A DNA stretch of 64,000 bases. It comes from Alphaproteobacteria bacterium. GTDB taxonomy: Bacteria; Pseudomonadota; Alphaproteobacteria; CAAHEQ01; UBA3637. Positions 58,075-64,000 of the stretch are shown piece by piece; the first letter of the stretch is position 1, and every line of letters begins with the position of its first letter. Location: contig JAZQUH010000034.1 of the NCBI GenBank assembly GCA_045631185.1, positions 42,916 to 106,915 on the forward strand, written 5' to 3'. The notes under the pieces are model-generated. The model saw only the letters and a program-made list of their open reading frames with translations, made no database searches and had not been told where the DNA came from. Made by a program: the position numbers and the translations under genes.

Positions 58075-58943
58075 TGTTTTCCTTTCAGTGTAAAGGTTAT
58101 TGTATTAGATGTATTTTCATTTGGTCCCAGTGTTTGAATTCCTGTGCCGATAATGCCTTGGGCTGCTAAATTAAAAGCATCAGGCGTGTGGGAAACTGGT
58201 TCTAAACAGAAAAAATCTTTTCCACGTGGGATGAACAATGTCAAGTGCCCCATAGAATCATCAGCCTGAATTGTTACGGAATAATCTTCTTGAATAACTT
58301 GGGATATACCATCCCAATTATCCATACTGATGTTTGTTGTTGTACGTGGTAAGGTTTTTGGTTCGGAAAAATCCAATTCTTTGGGTAACGGATATGGTTG
58401 TCCCATGATTGGATCATCGCCACGATACCATATATTTTGAGTGTTATATTGAATCATTGTTTTTTTATTATTTTTAAAAAACGGATGCAAGCCCATCCCA
58501 TATGGCATTGGCAATGGTGTATCATTTTTTAATTTTAATGTGATAATCAGTTTGTCTTGTTCCAATTTATAAATAATTCCAGCGGTATAGTTATAAGGGA
58601 ATCCGTCTTCTTTTTTGTGGGTCAATTGTAATTCAACGGATGTATTATCTTGATGAATAACCTGTAATTTTTGATTCCAAACATCACCGTGTATAGGGTA
58701 TTGAGAGATATTTGAATTAACGGGAACAGAACGGCTAATGCCAAAAAAAGGAAATTTTCCATTTGAAATAAAACTGGTATAGGGCATCATTACGAACATC
58801 GCAGACTGATTGGCGTTTCTTTCTGATTCGTTTGAAGGGCGTAAAACATCCTGTTCCATATACTTGAAAAAAGAAAGAGAACCACCGCAATCGGGTAAAA
58901 TTCCCAAAGATAATTTATCGTTTCTTAAGATTATTTGACTCAT
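58071..58943 (-). CDS. aldose 1-epimerase family protein
   Basis: 290 aa with mutarotase-like pattern. 4-nt overlaps with both neighbours. Confidence 0.55.
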   Translation of the reverse strand: MSQIILRNDKLSLGILPDCGGSLSFFKYMEQDVLRPSNESERNANQSAMFVMMPYTSFISNGKFPFFGISRSVPVNSNISQYPIHGDVWNQKLQVIHQDNTSVELQLTHKKEDGFPYNYTAGIIYKLEQDKLIITLKLKNDTPLPMPYGMGLHPFFKNNKKTMIQYNTQNIWYRGDDPIMGQPYPLPKELDFSEPKTLPRTTTNISMDNWDGISQVIQEDYSVTIQADDSMGHLTLFIPRGKDFFCLEPVSHTPDAFNLAAQGIIGTGIQTLGPNENTSNTITFTLKGKQ

Positions 58944-59977
58944 TTTCTTCCTTTTTTGTTTGATTTTTTTAAAGAACGCATGATAATGTTATCCAAAGAT
59001 TTATCTTCGGATGTATAAGCGGAAATTCCGAAAATAACGTTAATTTTATTTTGATTTTCTTGATTAAAGGTATCAATTTTTTGTTCAATGCGTTTTTGCA
59101 AGTGGATGACCTGAGTTTCAGGTGTTTCGGGTAAAAGCATGCAAAATTCGTTTTCGTCAATACGTCCCAAATAATCCACATCACGAATGGCGTGACGGCA
59201 TAAAGTAATAACTTGTTCCAATATAAAATCGCCGGTTTGTCTGTCCAATTCAGAATCGTTTTTTAATAATAATTTTAGCGTCAAAACGGCAAAAGGATGT
59301 TTATAGCGGATACTGCGCTTTAACTCCCGTGTTCCGATTTCTAACAGAGATTTTTTATTTAAAACGCCTGTTTGGGGATCGGTTGAGGCCAAAAATTGTA
59401 ATTGCGCTTCTAAGTCTTTTCTCTTTGTGATATCAAAACCGACAGAACGAAGTTCGACAGGTTTGTTATTTTTGTCAAAAACGATTTTGTTTGTCCATGT
59501 AATCCAAACTTTTTGTCCGGATTTTGTTTTAAGTTCCGTTTCATGTTCTGTATATAACTTGGGATTTTTGAAAATCTTTTTGACAATATTATTTTCCAAA
59601 GGTTCTTTGTCGGAAATTTCATCTTTTAAAGTGCCGTAGATGTTTTTTCCAAGCAATTCTTTTGTGGAATAGCCCACTAATTTCAAAAAGTCATCATCTG
59701 TTTTTGTAATAATACCGTTTTTATCCAAATAAAGGGTATAGCTTTTTCCCGATGGTTCTAACCAAGGCCCCAAAGGATTCTTTCCTTTTTTATGAAATTG
59801 GTCTAATTCCTTTGTTTTTTGGATATTCTCATTCATTAATGATTGAATTTTAGTATTCAATTTTTTTGAATAAGCAAGATATCCCAAAAACAGAATAATT
59901 GCCACAAACATCCATGATAAAAATAATATAGATAAGGTCATCATCGTTTCCATTTTTTTCTCCCTATTTAAAAACAC
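58940..59977 (-). CDS. membrane-anchored PAS–GGDEF-domain protein with degenerate active-site motif (DENEF instead of GGDEF)
   Basis: N-terminal TM, PAS-like segment, GGDEF-domain architecture. Motif reads LGRIDENEFCMLLPET where RxGG(D/E)EF is expected. Confidence 0.6.
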   Translation of the reverse strand: MFLNREKKMETMMTLSILFLSWMFVAIILFLGYLAYSKKLNTKIQSLMNENIQKTKELDQFHKKGKNPLGPWLEPSGKSYTLYLDKNGIITKTDDDFLKLVGYSTKELLGKNIYGTLKDEISDKEPLENNIVKKIFKNPKLYTEHETELKTKSGQKVWITWTNKIVFDKNNKPVELRSVGFDITKRKDLEAQLQFLASTDPQTGVLNKKSLLEIGTRELKRSIRYKHPFAVLTLKLLLKNDSELDRQTGDFILEQVITLCRHAIRDVDYLGRIDENEFCMLLPETPETQVIHLQKRIEQKIDTFNQENQNKINVIFGISAYTSEDKSLDNIIMRSLKKSNKKGRK

Positions 59978-60054
59978 TAGCTTTTTTTAAAAAACTATGC
60001 AAGTAAAAAATGCTTTTTCTTGACTTTTTTTGAAAAATAGGGCATATTTATGAC

Positions 60055-61491
60055 ATGGAAAAACAGTCTGATATTTTGCAAGTTGTCAATACGCCTTATA
60101 AAGAAGGTTTTGAAACAAATGTGGATTCTGAATATTCACCCAAAGGGTTGAATGAAGATGTTATTCGTTTTATTTCAAAAAAGAAAAACGAACCCGAATG
60201 GCTTTTGGATTTTCGTTTAAAGGCTTATCGGCATTTTCTGACGATGTCGGAGCCACATTGGATAAAGGCAGAATACCCACCGATTGATTATCAGGATTTG
60301 TATTATTACTCCGCGCCACATAAAGAAGCCCCGAAATCATTGGATGAAGTGGATCCGGAAATTTTAAAGACCTATGAAAAATTGGGAATTCCCTTAAAGG
60401 AACAGGAACAATTGGCTGGTGTTGCTGTTGATGCAATTTTTGACAGTACATCCATTACAACAACTTATTCGGCTGAGTTGAAAAAACGGGGTATTTTATT
60501 TTGTTCATTTGGGGAAGCTGTTCGTGAATATCCTGAATTGGTAAAGGAATACTTGGGAACGGTTGTGCCATATACAGACAACTTTTTTGCTTGTTTAAAC
60601 AGTGCTGTTTTTTCCGACGGTTCTTTTGTTTATATTCCAAAAGGTGTTCAATGCCCGATGGAATTGTCCAGTTATTTCAGAATCAATGCCAAAAATGCCG
60701 GTCAGTTTGAAAGAACTTTGATTATTGCTGATGAAGAATCTTCTCTCAGCTATTTGGAAGGTTGTACGGCTCCTCAACGTGATGAAAATCAATTGCATGC
60801 TGCTATCGTGGAAATTGTGGTTAAAGATAAGGCAAATGTAAAATATTCCACAGTTCAAAACTGGTATCCTGGTGATAAAGAAGGCAAGGGTGGTATTTAT
60901 AATTTTGTGACAAAACGCGGTTTGGTTTTGGATGATGCTAAACTTTCATGGACTCAGGTTGAAACGGGTTCGGCTATTACCTGGAAATATCCCAGCTGTA
61001 TTTTAAAGGGTGATAACGCCGTTGGTGAGTTTTATTCGGTGGCTTTGACAAATAATCGCCAACAGGCCGATACAGGCACAAAAATGATTCATTTGGGTAA
61101 AAACACAACATCAACAATTATATCAAAAGGCATTTCTGCAGGTTTATCATCTAATACCTATCGTGGTTTGGTTAAAATGGCGTCAACGGCCGATAATGGC
61201 AAAAATGTCAGTAAATGTGATAGTTTGTTGATTGGCGATAAATGTGGTGCTCATACAATTCCGGTTATGGTATGCGCTAATGAAACGGCCGTAATTGAAC
61301 ATGAAGCCACAACCAGTAAAATCAGCGAAGAACAGCTTTTTTATACCATGCAACGTGGTCTTTCATCCGAAGAAGCCGTTGGTTTGATAGTCAATGGTTT
61401 TTGTCGGGAAGTGATGCAACGTTTACCGTTGGAATTTGCCATAGAAGCACAAAAGCTGATAGGTATTCAGTTAGAAGGAAGTATCGGATAA
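60055..61491 (+). CDS. sufB: Fe-S cluster assembly protein SufB
   Basis: 478 aa with characteristic SufB conservation. Confidence 0.9.
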   Translation: MEKQSDILQVVNTPYKEGFETNVDSEYSPKGLNEDVIRFISKKKNEPEWLLDFRLKAYRHFLTMSEPHWIKAEYPPIDYQDLYYYSAPHKEAPKSLDEVDPEILKTYEKLGIPLKEQEQLAGVAVDAIFDSTSITTTYSAELKKRGILFCSFGEAVREYPELVKEYLGTVVPYTDNFFACLNSAVFSDGSFVYIPKGVQCPMELSSYFRINAKNAGQFERTLIIADEESSLSYLEGCTAPQRDENQLHAAIVEIVVKDKANVKYSTVQNWYPGDKEGKGGIYNFVTKRGLVLDDAKLSWTQVETGSAITWKYPSCILKGDNAVGEFYSVALTNNRQQADTGTKMIHLGKNTTSTIISKGISAGLSSNTYRGLVKMASTADNGKNVSKCDSLLIGDKCGAHTIPVMVCANETAVIEHEATTSKISEEQLFYTMQRGLSSEEAVGLIVNGFCREVMQRLPLEFAIEAQKLIGIQLEGSIG

Positions 61492-61494
61492 TAA

Positions 61495-62246
61495 TGGAGA
61501 AAAAAATGACATTGTTGGAAATTAAAAATTTACACGCATCTGTTGGTGATAAGGAAATTTTAAAAGGTCTGAATCTGACAATAGAAGAAGGTCAAGTCCA
61601 CGCTATTATGGGGCCTAACGGTTGTGGTAAAAGTACTTTGTCGGCTGTTATTGCGGGAAATCCTGCTTATACCGTAACGGAAGGTGAAATTTTATTTAAA
61701 GGTCAGGATTTGTTGAAAATGACACCAGATGAAAGAGCAAACACCGGTGTGTTTTTAGCCTTTCAGCATCCTGTGGAATTGCCAGGGGTTGGTTTGGCTC
61801 AGTTTTTAAAAACGGCCTTAAATGCCAAGCGTAAATTTTTGGGGCAAGATCCCATGGATGCTGTTCAGTTTATGAAGTATATGAATTTGCGTGCCACCGC
61901 TTTGGGAATTAAAAATGATATGTTGAAAAGACCTGTTAATGTCGGTTTTTCAGGTGGTGAAAAAAAACGTTTGGAAACCTTTCAAATGGCTATGTTGGAA
62001 CCTGATTTTTGTATTTTGGATGAAATGGATTCCGGTTTGGACGTGGATGCTTTAAAAGTCGTGGGACAGGCTGTTTCTGTAATGCGTGAAGGTAAACGCA
62101 GTTTTATGATTATTACCCACCATGATGATTTATTGCAATATGTGCAACCTGATAAGGTGTCTGTAATGCGTGATGGTCAGGTCATTACAACGGGCAGTGC
62201 GGATTTGGTTCGTGAAATTGAGGAAAAAGGCTATGACAAATTCTAA
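61495..62246 (+). CDS. sufC: Fe-S cluster assembly ATPase SufC
   Basis: Walker A GPNGCGKST. ABC signature FSGGEKKR. Walker B ILDEMDSGLD. The six-frame ORF from 61401 is an in-frame upstream artefact overlapping sufB. Confidence 0.9.
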
Positions 62247-62850
62247 TCCTTTTTTGATTCGTTGCCAAACAAATACAACTGTTCAAAATCCTGAACCTTT
62301 TAAATGGATTTTTGACGTTCAAAAAGATGGCGTTTTGACGGTTGATTTTTTGCAAACGGATGCAAATTTGGATGTTTTGGTTTTGTTAAACGGAGAAGGG
62401 GCAAAATCTGAAATAAATTGTGCATACTTATCAAATAAAAACAATAGGTTAAATATAGATATTAAAGTTTTGCATAATGTAAAAAATACAACATCAAATC
62501 AACAAATAAAGGGTTTGGTGACGGATAATGCCTTTGTTCAATTCAATGGAACAATTAAAATTCCACAAGACAGCCAAAAATGTGACGGTCGTCAAAATCA
62601 TCGAGCGGTTTTATTATCACCAAAAGCAATCGTTTCGGCGGTACCTCAGTTGGAAATTTGGGCTGATGATGTTCAATGCGCTCATGGTTCGGCGGTCGGG
62701 CCTTTAGATAAAGAACAGCTGTTTTATTTACAAGCAAGAGGTTTGAATGAATCCGATGCTCGCCGTTTATTATTGCGTTCTTTCTTGTCGGATGTAATGC
62801 CCCCAGATTTTGAAGAAATAATTGAAAAATGGATGGATGAAAATGTTTAA
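62233..62850 (+). CDS. sufD: Fe-S cluster assembly protein SufD (short form)
   Basis: C-terminal SufB/D beta-helix conservation. Start at MTNSNP inside the annotated longer ORF. Confidence 0.7.
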   Translation: MTNSNPFLIRCQTNTTVQNPEPFKWIFDVQKDGVLTVDFLQTDANLDVLVLLNGEGAKSEINCAYLSNKNNRLNIDIKVLHNVKNTTSNQQIKGLVTDNAFVQFNGTIKIPQDSQKCDGRQNHRAVLLSPKAIVSAVPQLEIWADDVQCAHGSAVGPLDKEQLFYLQARGLNESDARRLLLRSFLSDVMPPDFEEIIEKWMDENV

Positions 62851-64000
62851 AAAAGATTTTCCTATTTTTGATAATTCTTTAATTTATTTGGATTCAGCCG
62901 CATCTGCCCAAAAGCCCAAAATGGTTGTTGAGGCTTTATCTGATTTTTATTTAAAGGATTATTCAAATGTGCATCGTGGAAGCTGTGAATTGGCCAATCG
63001 GGCAACAAGAATGTATGAATCATCCCGAAAAAAGATTGCTGAATTTATTGGGGCAGATGAAAAGGCAATTGTTTTTACAAAAGGGGCAACCGAGTCAATC
63101 AACATTGTCGCGTCAGGTTATGAACAACTTTTAAAGCCTGATGATGAAGTGTTGGTATCTGTTGCCGAACACCACGCCAATTTTGTTCCGTGGCAACAAC
63201 TGTGTTTAAAAACAGGGGCAAAGTTTTGTATTTTTAATGTAAAAGAAGATGGTTCTTGGGATTTAGATGATTTCAAAGCCAAGTTAAATAAGAATACCAA
63301 AATTGTGGCCGTATCGGCTATGTCTAATGTGTTGGGCGTTGCTAATCCCGTAAAGGAAGTTGTCAAATTATCCCATCAGGTTGGTGCAAAGGTTTTGGTT
63401 GATGGCGCACAAAGTATCTGTCATATCCAAACGGATGTAAAAGATATGAATTGTGATTATTTTGTATTTTCCGGTCATAAAATTTACGGTCCGACCGGAA
63501 TTGGTGTGTTATATGGTACTATGGAAGCGTTGGAAGTTTTGCCACCGTATCAATTTGGCGGGGATATGATAAAAGAGGTTTATCCGGATAAAACAACCTT
63601 TGCCGATTTGCCGGCCAGATTAGAGGCGGGTACACCACCGATTGCCGAAGCAATAGGCTTAAAATCTGCCATAGAGTTTGTTCAACAAATCACAATGGAT
63701 GAAATTCAAAAACAGGAAAAACAAGTCTTTAATTATTTGATTAAACGTTTAAAGGAAATTAAAGATATTCAGTTTTTAGGAAATCCTGATTTAAAAAGCG
63801 GTTTGATATCCTTTAATATAAAAGGTATTCATCCCAATGATATCAGTATGATTTTGGGCAAACAAAATGTTTGCGTTCGTGTTGGCCATCACTGCGCAAT
63901 GCCGATACATCAATTCTTTGGTAACAGTGCCAGTATTCGTGCATCCCTTGGTTTATATAATGATAAACAGGATGTGGATGCATTTATTTCAGCCCTTCAA
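62843..64000 (+). CDS. sufS: cysteine desulfurase SufS (class V aminotransferase), 3' end outside window
   Basis: IYLDSAASAQKP N-terminus. PLP-Lys region SGHKIYGPTGIGVLYG. Conserved Cys in RVGHHCA. Confidence 0.9.
   Translation, partial: MFKKDFPIFDNSLIYLDSAASAQKPKMVVEALSDFYLKDYSNVHRGSCELANRATRMYESSRKKIAEFIGADEKAIVFTKGATESINIVASGYEQLLKPDDEVLVSVAEHHANFVPWQQLCLKTGAKFCIFNVKEDGSWDLDDFKAKLNKNTKIVAVSAMSNVLGVANPVKEVVKLSHQVGAKVLVDGAQSICHIQTDVKDMNCDYFVFSGHKIYGPTGIGVLYGTMEALEVLPPYQFGGDMIKEVYPDKTTFADLPARLEAGTPPIAEAIGLKSAIEFVQQITMDEIQKQEKQVFNYLIKRLKEIKDIQFLGNPDLKSGLISFNIKGIHPNDISMILGKQNVCVRVGHHCAMPIHQFFGNSASIRASLGLYNDKQDVDAFISALQ

Noticed and set aside
61401-61494. Upstream in-frame extension of sufC overlapping the sufB 3' end (and the similar sufD extension 62170-62232)
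   Set aside because: Conserved SufC and SufD sequences begin at the downstream Mets. The extensions overlap the preceding genes.

Overview
This 64 kb window is low-GC chromosome from an alphaproteobacterium, judged by GcrA, a short HprK–EIIA(Man)–NPr module and an OmpR/EnvZ-like pair. It is dense with housekeeping genes (rplY-pth-rsmB, tig, clpP-clpX, ychF, secA, sodB, rmuC, glgB, glgX, polA, gcrA, nth-xseB, recO-era-rnc-lepB, lysS, pyk, sufBCDS) and six tRNAs (Gln, Ala, Phe, Lys, Arg, Glu). Several host-interaction style genes sit among them: two MORN-repeat proteins, a Sel1-like and an ankyrin-like protein, and a secreted HExxH metalloprotease candidate. The ankyrin-like gene is inserted between tig and clpP. 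No transposase, integrase or CRISPR array was seen.

The most unusual content is a dispersed three-member family of type-IV-pilin-like, cysteine-rich surface or secreted proteins at 9504, 23888 and 53181.
- **Shared promoter:** all three sit behind the same near-consensus sigma70 promoter, TTGACA-17-TAGTAT.
- **Modular structure:** two paralogs share a ~780 bp near-identical 5' module, covering promoter, leader and N-terminal domain. Their 3' Cys-rich repeat modules are completely diverged.
- **Partner gene:** each of those two is followed by a small secreted C-type-lectin-like gene whose product ends ...YALCE.
- **Phase-variation candidate:** a (CA)n tract in the 5' leader differs by two units between the two long paralogs. 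With (CA)8 the first is in frame with an RBS-preceded ATG that supplies a prepilin-type leader; with (CA)6 the second is out of frame. This looks like a slipped-strand ON/OFF switch.
- **Poly-C tract:** the third, shorter paralog carries a C9 tract near its 3' end.
- **Competence link:** a ComF-family gene lies immediately beside the second pilin/lectin pair.

Together these look like a previously undescribed, promoter-sharing, cassette-diversified and likely phase-variable pilin-anchored adhesin/lectin system.

Other items worth a second look:
- Direct repeats of the tRNA-Gln 3' end plus its terminator bracket a 1.2 kb segment.
- A structured ~250 nt leader with its own promoter lies upstream of a YpsA/SLOG-like gene.
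- An Hpn-like His/Cys-rich metal-binding protein is encoded upstream of xseB.
- A GGDEF protein has a degenerate DENEF motif.
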